Below, one piece after another: positions 30,868 through 40,583 of a stretch of DNA of 64,000 nucleotides. This DNA is from an uncultured Clostridia bacterium (lineage in GTDB: Bacteria > Bacillota > Clostridia > TANB77 > CAG-508): NCBI GenBank assembly GCA_944386385.1, contig CALXAV010000001.1:48910-112909 (forward strand), in the 5' to 3' direction. The position numbers were made by a program, and so were the translations under genes. Under the pieces are notes generated by a model. The model was not told the DNA's origin. It saw only the letters and a list, made by a program, of their open reading frames with translations, and did no database searches. Numbering within the stretch: position 1 is the stretch's first letter; each line of letters opens with the position of its first letter.

Positions 30868-31885
30868 ATTTTGCTACATTCAAAAAATCGTTTTTATTAA
30901 ATAATATAGACACTTCTGTATATTCATTTTCCTTTGAATCTACTGTAATTTTGTGTCCTAATTTTTTGCATAATTGTTTTGAGATATACAAGCCCATACC
31001 TGTTGATGTTTCAATTTTTCTTCCATTATTTCCTGTAAATGTTTTATCAAATACTTTTGGAATATCACTTTTAGAAATTCCAATTCCATTATCATATATC
31101 TTCAAAATAACATTTTTATTGTTTTCTTCAGTTGTTATTTTTATCAAATGCTCCACATCATTTCTTATGTATTTAATACTATTACTTACAATTTGATTTA
31201 CTATAAATTCAAGCCATTTTGAATCTGTTAATACTTTTGTATTTCCTACTTCTACTTCAAAATCAATATTATTTTCCAATAATATATCTTTATTTTTTAT
31301 AGCAACATTTGAAATAACTTTTGCTATCTCTGTTTCTTTAATTAAATAATCTTTTTCAGCATTTTCACTTCTTACATAATATAAAACCTGCTCAATATCA
31401 TCATCTAACCTTTTTAATTGCTCTGTTATTTTTTTGTCTGATAATTCTTTATGGTTATGTACTATTAAATTTAAAGAAGCAAGTGGAAGTTTTGCTTCAT
31501 GTATCCACATTTCTATATATTCCTTAAAATCTTGTATATTTAAGCTGTATTCTTTTATTTTTTCTGCCATAGATTTATCTATTTCGTATAAAGCATCATA
31601 TAGGATTTCGCCCTCATAGAAATTTGGCTTTTCTATCATTTCTGTAATTAAATATTTTTTATCTAATAAGTCTAAATCATTTATGAATTTATCATAAAAC
31701 TTTTTTCTTCTATAAAAATCATAAATTAGATATAAGATAAATCCTAAAACTGCTGTAACTGTTACTCCAACTATTGCCTGATTATTTGTCTTAAAACTTA
31801 TTAGCATTAAATCTATAATTGCAATGATTACAATAAATAGTAATATTATTAAATAATTATTTTTTAAATACTTACTAAATCTCAT
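30866..31885 (-). CDS. BceS-like histidine kinase (second module)
   Basis: 2 TM, HisKA (IHEAKLPLAS), HATPase_c (TGMGLYISK). Confidence 0.85.
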   Translation of the reverse strand: MRFSKYLKNNYLIILLFIVIIAIIDLMLISFKTNNQAIVGVTVTAVLGFILYLIYDFYRRKKFYDKFINDLDLLDKKYLITEMIEKPNFYEGEILYDALYEIDKSMAEKIKEYSLNIQDFKEYIEMWIHEAKLPLASLNLIVHNHKELSDKKITEQLKRLDDDIEQVLYYVRSENAEKDYLIKETEIAKVISNVAIKNKDILLENNIDFEVEVGNTKVLTDSKWLEFIVNQIVSNSIKYIRNDVEHLIKITTEENNKNVILKIYDNGIGISKSDIPKVFDKTFTGNNGRKIETSTGMGLYISKQLCKKLGHKITVDSKENEYTEVSILFNKNDFLNVAK

Positions 31886-31904
31886 TTTCCGTTCCTTTCA
31901 AAAT

Positions 31905-32567
31905 TTATTTTAAGATATATCCTTGACCTTTTCTTGTTTCTATTGCATCCTCATAACCAAAGTCAGTTAATTTTGTTCTTAATCTGCTTATATTTACATT
32001 TAAAGCATTGTCATTAATATATGAATCGTTATTCCATAAATCAGTCATTAAATCATCTCTTGTTACAATATTTCCTCTATTTGCTAACAAAAATGTAAAT
32101 ATAATCATTTCATTTTTTGTTAAAATTAGTTCTTCTTTATCATTTTTAATAATTCCTTTTTTTGGATCAACAGTTAAATCATTATAAGTTAATATATCAT
32201 TTTTATTTTCTATTCTTTTGAATAGATTATTTATTCTTAACAATAAAATTGTTGGATTATATGGCTTTGTTATATAATCATTTGCACCATAACTTAATGA
32301 TAATACTTCATCTGTTTCTGTATTTTTGCTAGTAACCATTATAATTGGTACATTACTCTCTTTCCTTATTTTTTGTAACAACATTTCTCCATTTAATTTT
32401 GGAATGTTAATATCTAATAATATTAAATCTGGATTTTCTTTCTTTATTTCTTCATAAGAATTTTCAAAATCTTCTAAAACAACTCCATTATATCCTGCAT
32501 TGTCTAGTAATTCTTTTAATTCACTACTAATACTTATATCATCTTCTACTATTAATATTTTTTTCAT
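31905..32567 (-). CDS. BceR-like OmpR-family response regulator (second module)
   Basis: MKKILIVEDD receiver, TRKGQGYIL winged helix; ORF-track N-terminal extension MRCEF probably not translated. Confidence 0.9.
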   Translation of the reverse strand: MKKILIVEDDISISSELKELLDNAGYNGVVLEDFENSYEEIKKENPDLILLDINIPKLNGEMLLQKIRKESNVPIIMVTSKNTETDEVLSLSYGANDYITKPYNPTILLLRINNLFKRIENKNDILTYNDLTVDPKKGIIKNDKEELILTKNEMIIFTFLLANRGNIVTRDDLMTDLWNNDSYINDNALNVNISRLRTKLTDFGYEDAIETRKGQGYILK

Positions 32568-32665
32568 AAACTCGCACCTCATTTTATATATTCTGATTTA
32601 TTATAGCAAACTTTTAATTATTTTTCCATTTTTGCATAAAAAAAGCCTATTAAACATTAATAGAC

Positions 32666-33550
32666 TTACTTAAAATATATTTCGATAATCAAATATCCAT
32701 CATCATAGTTAGCACTTATAGTTCCATTATTTAATTCTACTAATTGCTTTGCAATAGAAAGACCTATACCTGTTGATTTCTTTGCATTTTCAACTGTATA
32801 ATAACGGTCAAATATTTTTTCTACACTTGTTTTATCTAAATTTTTTGTTTTGTTTCTAAAAATAATTTTTCCATTTTTATTTAACTTGATTTCTAAAAAT
32901 TCATCACTATATTTTATTTCGTTTGAAATAATATTTTCAAATATCCTCTTTAGCATATTTTCATCTATTTGTTTTATAATTTTTTCCTTTGTTATATATA
33001 TTTTAGGATTGATATTATGCTGCATAAATAAATCATAAGATGCACAAATTGTTTCTTCCAAAACACTATTTAATACAACATTTTGCTTGTTTATGTTCTG
33101 ATATGAATCTAAACTTTTTGAAAAATTAAATAATTGTTCTGTCAAATCAGTTAAAATCTTAACTTTTTCATCAATAAATAACAAATAATTCTCCTGCTTT
33201 TCAGTTAAATTTTTATGTTCTATTAAATCAAGATACCCCCTTATTGCTGTAAGGGGTGTTCTCAAATCATGTGAAATATTTGTAATTGACCTTTTTAGTT
33301 CTTCATTTCCTTGATTATATTGAATTTCCAGTTCTCTTATCTTTTTTAAATTTTTATTAATTTTATTAGATAATTGCTTTATATCTATATCATTTGTTGA
33401 AATAGTAATTAAATTATTAGTATCTGATTCTATTATAAAATCAAATTTTTCTTCTATCTCTTTGATTGCATTCTTCATAACAGACATTTTAATAACTAAT
33501 GCAATAATGATAACACTTGCAATTATGAATAAATAAAACCAGATACTCAT
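32666..33550 (-). CDS. small sensor histidine kinase (single N-terminal TM)
   Basis: 294 aa; HisKA (SHDLRTPLTAIRGY) and HATPase_c (STGIGLSIAK). Confidence 0.8.
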   Translation of the reverse strand: MSIWFYLFIIASVIIIALVIKMSVMKNAIKEIEEKFDFIIESDTNNLITISTNDIDIKQLSNKINKNLKKIRELEIQYNQGNEELKRSITNISHDLRTPLTAIRGYLDLIEHKNLTEKQENYLLFIDEKVKILTDLTEQLFNFSKSLDSYQNINKQNVVLNSVLEETICASYDLFMQHNINPKIYITKEKIIKQIDENMLKRIFENIISNEIKYSDEFLEIKLNKNGKIIFRNKTKNLDKTSVEKIFDRYYTVENAKKSTGIGLSIAKQLVELNNGTISANYDDGYLIIEIYFK

Positions 33551-33563
33551 AACATTTTCCTTT

Positions 33564-34403
33564 CTATTTCAAATCTTTTCTTTTAAATATGATTAGTCCT
33601 ACACCTGTAAATATTATTATAACTCCTATTGAATAAAATGGTAATACTTTGTAATCCCAGTCCTCATATCCTACGATAGAAAAGGCTTGCCCTTGTGGCA
33701 TTATATTTAATATGGTTTGATATATTTTCCTCTCTTGGTCTGTTGGGTATCTTGGATTAGGAACTTCTTGTGGTACAAATTGTCCATCTACCATTGAATA
33801 TTCTACAGTTGTTGGTGGTGTTGATAATATATTGAATAACATTGTGCTACCAAACATCATAGCAAATACTGTTACTAAACAAATAATAGATGTTGCCGTT
33901 TTATTTGAGCAGACCATTGCTATAAAAGTAAATATAGATGCAAATGCAATACTAAATGATAAGACTACTACAAATAGTAATAAAAATTTTCCTATATCCA
34001 TTTGTATATTTCCAAATAGAGGAATACCTATACAAGCAGTAATAAAATCAAACAATAAAACCCAAAATACAGATATTACTGATACTATAATTAAATTTGA
34101 TAAATATATCTTTATTCTATTATGTCCCATAACAATTTTATTTCTAAGTGTTCCATTAGAATATTCATTTCCTAAATATACACTAGCAAAAATTGCAATA
34201 GCAAACCCAATCAGCATACCAACATTAAAAAAATATCCATCAACACTTACATTTCCACCATACTCTAACATATCAGAATAAGCATTATAAAGCATAATTA
34301 ATGCAAATCCTATAACTGCTACTGTTAATCCCCAAAACAACTTATCTTTTTTTAATCTTGTAAATCCTGCATTTAATAGTTTAATCATTTTTACCACCTC
34401 CAA
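33564..34403 (-). CDS. ABC-2 type transporter permease (6 TM)
   Basis: 279 aa hydrophobic, follows ABC ATPase with 23-nt overlap; lantibiotic/bacitracin-immunity-like architecture. Confidence 0.6.
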   Translation of the reverse strand: MEVVKMIKLLNAGFTRLKKDKLFWGLTVAVIGFALIMLYNAYSDMLEYGGNVSVDGYFFNVGMLIGFAIAIFASVYLGNEYSNGTLRNKIVMGHNRIKIYLSNLIIVSVISVFWVLLFDFITACIGIPLFGNIQMDIGKFLLLFVVVLSFSIAFASIFTFIAMVCSNKTATSIICLVTVFAMMFGSTMLFNILSTPPTTVEYSMVDGQFVPQEVPNPRYPTDQERKIYQTILNIMPQGQAFSIVGYEDWDYKVLPFYSIGVIIIFTGVGLIIFKRKDLK

Positions 34404-35295
34404 TTAAATTCATATAGTAGTTTTCTAAAGTTTCTTCTTTTTCGTGTACTTCATCTGCTACTAAATCATTTTTTGAAAGGTCATTTATTAATTTAGATAA
34501 ATTGATTTTTCCATATACATTAATTGTATTATTATCGAAAACTTCATAGTTTATATTATTCTTTTCAAAATATTTAGAAAATTCTTTTACGTCTTTTACT
34601 TTTAACTCTATTTTGTGTTCCATCTTTTTATTTAGTTCTTCGCTACTAATTTCTTTAACTATTTGTCCATTGTCGACAAATCCATAATCAGTAGCAATTT
34701 TAGATAACTCATCAAGATAATGGCTTGATATTAAAATAGTTATTTTTTTCTTTTTATTTAATTTTAAAATCAATTCTCGAATCTCAATAATACCTTCTGG
34801 ATCTAAACCATTTATTGGTTCATCCAATATTAATAGGTCTGGGTTGTTTGATAGTGCTATTGCTATTCCTAATCTTTGTTTCATTCCTAAAGAAAAATTC
34901 TTTGCTTTTTTGTTTCTAGTATTTTCAAGAGCAACCAATTCTAATAATTCATCAATTCCATCATTGCTAGGTAGTCCTACTAATTTGAATTGTTCTAATA
35001 AATTATCTCTAGCTGACATATTAGCATATATAGATGGTGTTTCTATTATTGCCCCCATTCTTTCTCTAACTTTTAATATTTTTTTATCGGTATTCTTTAC
35101 TCCACATATAGAGTATGTTCCATTTGTAGGCTTTTGTAGACCACAAATTAATCTTATAAGAGTAGTTTTACCAGCTCCGTTTTTTCCAATAAGTCCATAT
35201 ATTGCACCTTTTTTTATGTGAATATTTAGATTGCTTATCGCTTTAAAATCTTTATATTTCTTTTCAAGATTATTAGTTTCTAAAATATATTCCAT
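34381..35295 (-). CDS. ABC transporter ATP-binding protein (ABC-2 subfamily)
   Basis: GKNGAGKTT, LSLGMKQRLGIAIAL, LILDEPINGLD; AAAGGAGAGAAG RBS before ATG at 35295. Confidence 0.85.
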   Translation of the reverse strand: MEYILETNNLEKKYKDFKAISNLNIHIKKGAIYGLIGKNGAGKTTLIRLICGLQKPTNGTYSICGVKNTDKKILKVRERMGAIIETPSIYANMSARDNLLEQFKLVGLPSNDGIDELLELVALENTRNKKAKNFSLGMKQRLGIAIALSNNPDLLILDEPINGLDPEGIIEIRELILKLNKKKKITILISSHYLDELSKIATDYGFVDNGQIVKEISSEELNKKMEHKIELKVKDVKEFSKYFEKNNINYEVFDNNTINVYGKINLSKLINDLSKNDLVADEVHEKEETLENYYMNLIGGGKND

Positions 35296-35332
35296 AATCT
35301 TCTCTCCTTTCACTTTTATTTTAGTATAAAAG

Positions 35333-35372
35333 TGTTAAGAAAACTGTTAATGGTTTGTTAAAATTTTGTTAA
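35333..35372. promoter_or_regulatory. four direct TGTTAA repeats at 11-12 bp periodicity (putative OmpR-family RR binding array) in ABC operon promoter
   Basis: TGTTAAgaaaacTGTTAAtggttTGTTAAaatttTGTTAAg lies between RR stop and ATPase start. Confidence 0.45.
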
Positions 35373-35375
35373 GAT

Positions 35376-36032
35376 TTATTTTTTTAATTTGAATCCTACT
35401 CCCCAAACAGAATCTATATATTCCTCATTAGAATATTTTTTTATTTTCTTTCTTATATTACTAATATGAACTCTTAAAGAATTTTCATCACAATCTTCTG
35501 TGTCGAATCTTATTAAATCTAATAATTTAGATTTTGAAACTACTTGATTCTGATACACAAATAATTGTTTCAATATAGCATATTCTGTTTTGGTTAGATT
35601 AATTTCTTTATCTTTTATTTTTAATATATAATTATCTTTTAATAATTTTAGGTCTTTAAAACTATAATCTGAATTATTGTCTTTTTTAGTTCGTAATTGT
35701 ACTTCAATTCTTGCTAACAACTCATTTTTTTCAAATGGTTTAGTTAAATAATCATTAGCACCACTTAATAAGCAATTCACTTTATCTTCTGTTGATACTT
35801 TTGCACTTAATACAATTATTGGAATATCTTTTATTTTTTTTATAATTTCTTCTCCATTTAATCCAGGTAACATTAGGTCTAATAATATTAAATCTACATC
35901 TTCTTTTTCTAAAATCATAAGTGCTTCTGTTCCAGAATAAGCACTTAATATCTTGTACTTTTCTTGTTCTAACATTTCTTCTAATATTTTATGAATACTC
36001 ATATCATCTTCCACAATTAATATTTTTTTCAT
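35376..36032 (-). CDS. OmpR-family response regulator
   Basis: MKKILIVEDD receiver; SVWGVGFKL winged helix. Confidence 0.9.
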   Translation of the reverse strand: MKKILIVEDDMSIHKILEEMLEQEKYKILSAYSGTEALMILEKEDVDLILLDLMLPGLNGEEIIKKIKDIPIIVLSAKVSTEDKVNCLLSGANDYLTKPFEKNELLARIEVQLRTKKDNNSDYSFKDLKLLKDNYILKIKDKEINLTKTEYAILKQLFVYQNQVVSKSKLLDLIRFDTEDCDENSLRVHISNIRKKIKKYSNEEYIDSVWGVGFKLKK

Positions 36033-36152
36033 ATCTTCGCACCTCATTTTTATTTATTCTGTATTATTATAGCATATTTGATAATTATTCTCATTAATTA
36101 GCCAAAAAAAATATTCTATACTTATTTCTAAATATAGAATATATTATAAAAA

Positions 36153-37814
36153 TTATATTATTTTATCAGCTAATTCGTATTGTTTATTATATAGATACTT
36201 ATTTGTTATAACTGTTGCTATTATATATAAGATTCCCAAAATCCCAACTCCCATATATACATTTATATCTTTCAATAAAAACACCAATCCTACCATTATT
36301 GCAATATTAATCATTGCAAGTAATACTGGAAAAACTAGATTAAGGTTTTGTTTTGCAACTGCGTATTCAGAATCCCAATTTAATTTTGGTCTTTTTAAAT
36401 CCACAATAACCATTGCTATACTTTGTAATATTCCCATTATAGTTGCAACTACAAATAATGCAATTAAAGTTATAACTGGTAAATTTAAAAGATATTCTGC
36501 CATTCCTAATGTAATTATGATTGTTACTATATTCATTATAATATTTGGAATTATTTTATACATATATTGCTTATATAGTGATACTGGTATATATTTCATA
36601 AATACTGCATTTTCTCCATCTCTTGAAATTGCTGTTATTGAAATATATATAAACATTGTGAAGAATTGTATAACTCCTAAAATGATACAAGCAATAAAGA
36701 ATGTATTTGTAGACATTTGTTGTACCATTTGTGTTATTTGTTCTAATCCCATTCCATCACTATTTAATCCTGCATAAACTACTACAACCATTATAATTGG
36801 TATTAAAACTGCTGGTATTAAACATTGCATTAAAAATACTGGATTTCTTGCCATATTTTTAAATTCTTTTCCAACATAACTTTTATATAGCTTACTATTT
36901 CTATATTCTTTTTGGTTTATTTCTTTATTTGAACTTGAAGCTCCTCCACCAAATAAATTACCTACTAAACCTTTAAAATATATTTTTTGAGCAATTAGCA
37001 TATATACAATAAATCCTATGATTGTAATTCCTAATGTTTTTAATACTTCCACTATTGCTGTAAATAAAGAATTTGTAGTTAATGCTTCCATTAAATAATC
37101 TACTGTTGGAACATATCCTTTTACTAATTCTATCATTCCATTTGCCTTAACTACCATTTGTGCCATTTCTTCATTTGTTAAATCTTGTTTCATTCCACTT
37201 GTTGAAATTGATAAAGCTATAATAATTGCTAAAACCAACAATGTAGCAAATAATTGAAATCTATTTCTGTTTTTTGTAAGTCTTGCAAAACTCATTATAA
37301 ACATAACAAGCATACTAATCAATAATACTGGTAATATTGGTACTAAAATAACTGATAAAATCATTGTTAAGTAATATACAATTCCTGCTCCAGTTAATAT
37401 TCCATACATGACAAGAGGAATAAATCCTATTAAAAATATAATTACATATTCAGCAATTAACATTACATTTGTTCTTGCAAGTATAATCTGATATGGTTTT
37501 AATGGTAGCGGTAATAAATATTCACTATCTTTTGTAAAGTATAAGATAGTGATACTTGAAAATATTGTTTGAATAATTCCTAAACCAAATATCATAAATA
37601 AAATCATACCAACAAATATTGTTTCTTGGTGTATCGCAATTAGTCCATCTAATAGGTTATATCCTAAAAATATAATCAATCCTGCAAAATATAAAAATAA
37701 CAATCCATAAACTATAATTTTGCTTTTTGACTTTGTTGAAATTCCCATTCTAGCATCCATATTAGAAAAGGAATTTTTTAAAAATATTTTTGTTAATTTG
37801 ATTACTTTATCCAT
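36153..37814 (-). CDS. ABC exporter permease, multi-TM (~12 TM)
   Basis: 553 aa highly hydrophobic; immediately downstream of ABC ATPase. Confidence 0.6.
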   Translation of the reverse strand: MDKVIKLTKIFLKNSFSNMDARMGISTKSKSKIIVYGLLFLYFAGLIIFLGYNLLDGLIAIHQETIFVGMILFMIFGLGIIQTIFSSITILYFTKDSEYLLPLPLKPYQIILARTNVMLIAEYVIIFLIGFIPLVMYGILTGAGIVYYLTMILSVILVPILPVLLISMLVMFIMSFARLTKNRNRFQLFATLLVLAIIIALSISTSGMKQDLTNEEMAQMVVKANGMIELVKGYVPTVDYLMEALTTNSLFTAIVEVLKTLGITIIGFIVYMLIAQKIYFKGLVGNLFGGGASSSNKEINQKEYRNSKLYKSYVGKEFKNMARNPVFLMQCLIPAVLIPIIMVVVVYAGLNSDGMGLEQITQMVQQMSTNTFFIACIILGVIQFFTMFIYISITAISRDGENAVFMKYIPVSLYKQYMYKIIPNIIMNIVTIIITLGMAEYLLNLPVITLIALFVVATIMGILQSIAMVIVDLKRPKLNWDSEYAVAKQNLNLVFPVLLAMINIAIMVGLVFLLKDINVYMGVGILGILYIIATVITNKYLYNKQYELADKII

Positions 37815-37835
37815 ATTTTTTCTTCCTTTCCTATA

Positions 37836-38558
37836 TTATTTTTCTGTTATTTCCAAGAATAAGTCCTCTAATGATGCGTTTTCTTTGAATTTTTGCTTCA
37901 TTTCTTCAAATGTTCCTACAAATACTAATTTTCCTTTATTGATAATTCCTACTCTATCACATAATTTCTCTGCTACTTCTAATATGTGTGTTGAGAAAAA
38001 TACTGTTTTTCCTGACTTTGCGTGTTCCCTCATCATTTCTTTTAAATCAAAAGAAGATTTAGGATCTAAGCCAGTCATTGGTTCATCTAATATCCAATTT
38101 TTAGGTTCTGAAAGTAATGCACCACAGATTACTATTTTTTGCCTCATACCATGTGAATAACTTTGTATTTGATTATTTAATTGATTATATATTTCAAATT
38201 TTTTTGTAAGTTCTTCTATCTTTTCTTTTCTCTTATTTTGTGGTACATCATAAACATCTGCCATAAACATTAAATATTCTATTCCTTTTAATTTTAAAAA
38301 CATATCTGGACTATCTGGTACAAATCCAAAATTTTTCTTTGCTTCTAATGGTTCTTTTTTTATACTTTTTCCATCTATTAAAATATCGCCTTCGTCAATA
38401 TTTAATATTCCTGTTATCATTCTTATTGTTGTTGTTTTACCAGCACCATTTGGTCCTAAAAAGCCGAATATTTCTCCGTTTTTAATTTCAAGATTTAAGT
38501 CATCTACTGACTTCTTTCCTTTTACATAAGATTTTGAAACATTCTTTATTTCGATCAT
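37836..38558 (-). CDS. ABC transporter ATP-binding protein
   Basis: GPNGAGKTTT, YSHGMRQKIVICGAL, ILDEPMTGLD. Confidence 0.85.
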   Translation of the reverse strand: MIEIKNVSKSYVKGKKSVDDLNLEIKNGEIFGFLGPNGAGKTTTIRMITGILNIDEGDILIDGKSIKKEPLEAKKNFGFVPDSPDMFLKLKGIEYLMFMADVYDVPQNKRKEKIEELTKKFEIYNQLNNQIQSYSHGMRQKIVICGALLSEPKNWILDEPMTGLDPKSSFDLKEMMREHAKSGKTVFFSTHILEVAEKLCDRVGIINKGKLVFVGTFEEMKQKFKENASLEDLFLEITEK

Positions 38559-38570
38559 TTTTTGTTCCTC

Positions 38571-39197
38571 CTATTTTCTATTTTTATAAAATAAATATAA
38601 TGAATATATTGTAGTTAAAACAGCACAAATTATAAGTATTATCATTAATATAAAAGACACTATTGAATTTAGAAAAGCTGAAATTATAAATAGTAACCCC
38701 ATTATTACAAAGAAATATCCTGCTGGTCTTTTTATTTTTTCCCAAAAGTCATTTCTCACATAGTACATTTGTAGTTTGTTAATTTCTGTTTTAGGCATAT
38801 AATTTCCTATAATCATAAAAATTATTCCCAATGTTATACATACAATTATTCTCATATCTAATTCAATTCCTGCACCATAAGCTAACATTGTTAAATAACA
38901 TACCATTCCAATTATCGGTATTATCCATTTATAAATAGTTATATATTTCTTATTCTGCTTTTTTTGTTCCATACAATCACTTGATATACAACAAATTATT
39001 TGTAATGCTGTCATAAGTAGTGGAATACCAAACAAAGCAAATTCTTTAGGTGCAAAACTGTTAGGTTCGTTATTTAATCCAAAATGTACTGCCATTTGTT
39101 CTGGTAGTTGATTATACAAAATTACTCCAAATATTATTGGTACTATGCACATTAAAGTTGTTATAATTAAAATTTTCCAATCAATTCTTTTCTTCAT
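38571..39197 (-). CDS. SdpI/YhfL family membrane protein (immunity/signal-transduction protein)
   Basis: 6 TM; IGNYMPKT matches SdpI-family motif; downstream of and overlapping SdpR-like regulator. Confidence 0.55.
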   Translation of the reverse strand: MKKRIDWKILIITTLMCIVPIIFGVILYNQLPEQMAVHFGLNNEPNSFAPKEFALFGIPLLMTALQIICCISSDCMEQKKQNKKYITIYKWIIPIIGMVCYLTMLAYGAGIELDMRIIVCITLGIIFMIIGNYMPKTEINKLQMYYVRNDFWEKIKRPAGYFFVIMGLLFIISAFLNSIVSFILMIILIICAVLTTIYSLYLFYKNRK

Positions 39198-39489
39198 TGT
39201 TATTATCTCCCTTCTTATCATCTTTTCCAAATTGATAAATCCAAACTAGTATCTCTTCAAAAACAGATGTGTTTAGTTCATAATAAATATAATTTTTATA
39301 TCTCTCTTCTTTTACTAAATCTGCTTTCTTTAAATAGGATAAATGATAAGATACTGATGCGTTTGTTATATTAAATTTGTCAGCTATATCACCAGCTGTC
39401 ATCTTTCCTTTTCTTAACATTTCCAGTATATTTCTTCTGACAGGATCTGATATAGCTTTTAATGTTTCTGACATTCCCATGATACTCAC
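39181..39489 (-). CDS. ArsR-family transcriptional repressor, SdpR-like
   Basis: LKAISDPVRRNILEMLRKGKMTAGDIADKFNITNASVSYHLSYLKKADLV = ArsR/SmtB HTH. Confidence 0.7.
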   Translation of the reverse strand: MSIMGMSETLKAISDPVRRNILEMLRKGKMTAGDIADKFNITNASVSYHLSYLKKADLVKEERYKNYIYYELNTSVFEEILVWIYQFGKDDKKGDNNNEEKN

Positions 39490-39494
39490 CTTCG

Positions 39495-39585
39495 CTATTT
39501 AGATATTTGTTTAAATAGATTTTACTATTTTAATTTTATAATGTCAATAGATATTTAGACATTTATCTAAATAGTTTTATAAATA
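39495..39585. promoter_or_regulatory. two AT-rich palindromes (CTATTTAG-N9-TAAATAG; ATTTAGA-N5-TCTAAAT), putative SdpR/ArsR operators
   Basis: located in promoter region directly upstream of the ArsR-family gene start. Confidence 0.35.
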
Positions 39586-39749
39586 AAAAAATACCTATAT
39601 TTCAAACTGTTTTTTACATTTATACAAGTCAATTTCCTTGAATTTTACGATAAAATATAGTATAATTTAATTTGAATTATGTATTTGAAACCATAAAAGC
39701 AATCACTTGGAGGTTTCAAAGCCTCCAAAAAATTTTAGGAGGTTTGACA

Positions 39750-39893
39750 TGAGGAAAAAATCTACTGCATTATTAAATTTGTATTCTTATCACGACAGGA
39801 AACGGTCTATTACTGAACATTGGAAGGATAAATCATCTAGATTAAATGTATATTTAAATCGTTCTCATAGTGAAAGAGCAAAAAAGAAATAGT
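39750..39893 (+). CDS. small highly basic protein (47 aa), hypothetical
   Basis: TTGAAT-17-TATAAT promoter at ~39640-39668; GGAGGT RBS 7 nt before ATG; terminator follows. Confidence 0.3.
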
Positions 39894-39902
39894 GCATAAT
39901 TT

Positions 39903-39938
39903 AAGAGGATTAGTTTGAAATATAACCAATCCTCTTTT
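39903..39938. terminator. bidirectional rho-independent terminator
   Basis: AGAGGATTag..ccAATCCTCT stem followed by TTTTT. Confidence 0.55.
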
Positions 39939-39939
39939 T

Positions 39940-40560
39940 CTATTTCCAATATTTGCTTATTACCCTTGCTAATTCTTTTGGATTCTCTGTATTTACTTCA
40001 TGTCCAGCATTTTTTATAATTTCTAATTTACTTGCTTTTATATTCCTATTTAATTGTTTTGCACTTTCCATATTTACATTATCTTTTTCACCACATAAAA
40101 TTAACACTTTGCATTTTATATTATCTACTTTTGATTTTATATCTAAATCTGCCATTGAATTCGTTAAATTGATAAAATCATTCTTCTTTATTCCCATTTT
40201 TTCAAACATACTTTTAGGCATAAACTTAAATATAAAATTTTGCAATTTAAATATCTTTTTTGGTATTTCATATGTTGTACCTATAAGTATTATAGAATTT
40301 ACCTTTTCTGGATATTCTATCGCATAATTAATAGATAATATACCTCCTAATGATAAACCACATAAGTTTATTTTTTCTTTAAAAGAATTACAATAATCAC
40401 AAAAAGTTCTATATATATTTTCATAATTTATTTCATAATTTTTAGCTAATTCAAATAAATTTGGATTTTCTGCTTTTATATTACTTTTATCTAATTCTTC
40501 TATAATCTTATCCCAACTTTTTTCTGTTTGACCTAATCCATGCACTAATATATTTACCAT
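39940..40560 (-). CDS. alpha/beta hydrolase (esterase/lipase-like)
   Basis: GLSLGG nucleophile elbow, HG oxyanion motif near N-terminus, C-terminal GHE catalytic His. Confidence 0.7.
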   Translation of the reverse strand: MVNILVHGLGQTEKSWDKIIEELDKSNIKAENPNLFELAKNYEINYENIYRTFCDYCNSFKEKINLCGLSLGGILSINYAIEYPEKVNSIILIGTTYEIPKKIFKLQNFIFKFMPKSMFEKMGIKKNDFINLTNSMADLDIKSKVDNIKCKVLILCGEKDNVNMESAKQLNRNIKASKLEIIKNAGHEVNTENPKELARVISKYWK

Positions 40561-40583
40561 ATTTTCTCTCTTTCTATAAAAAT

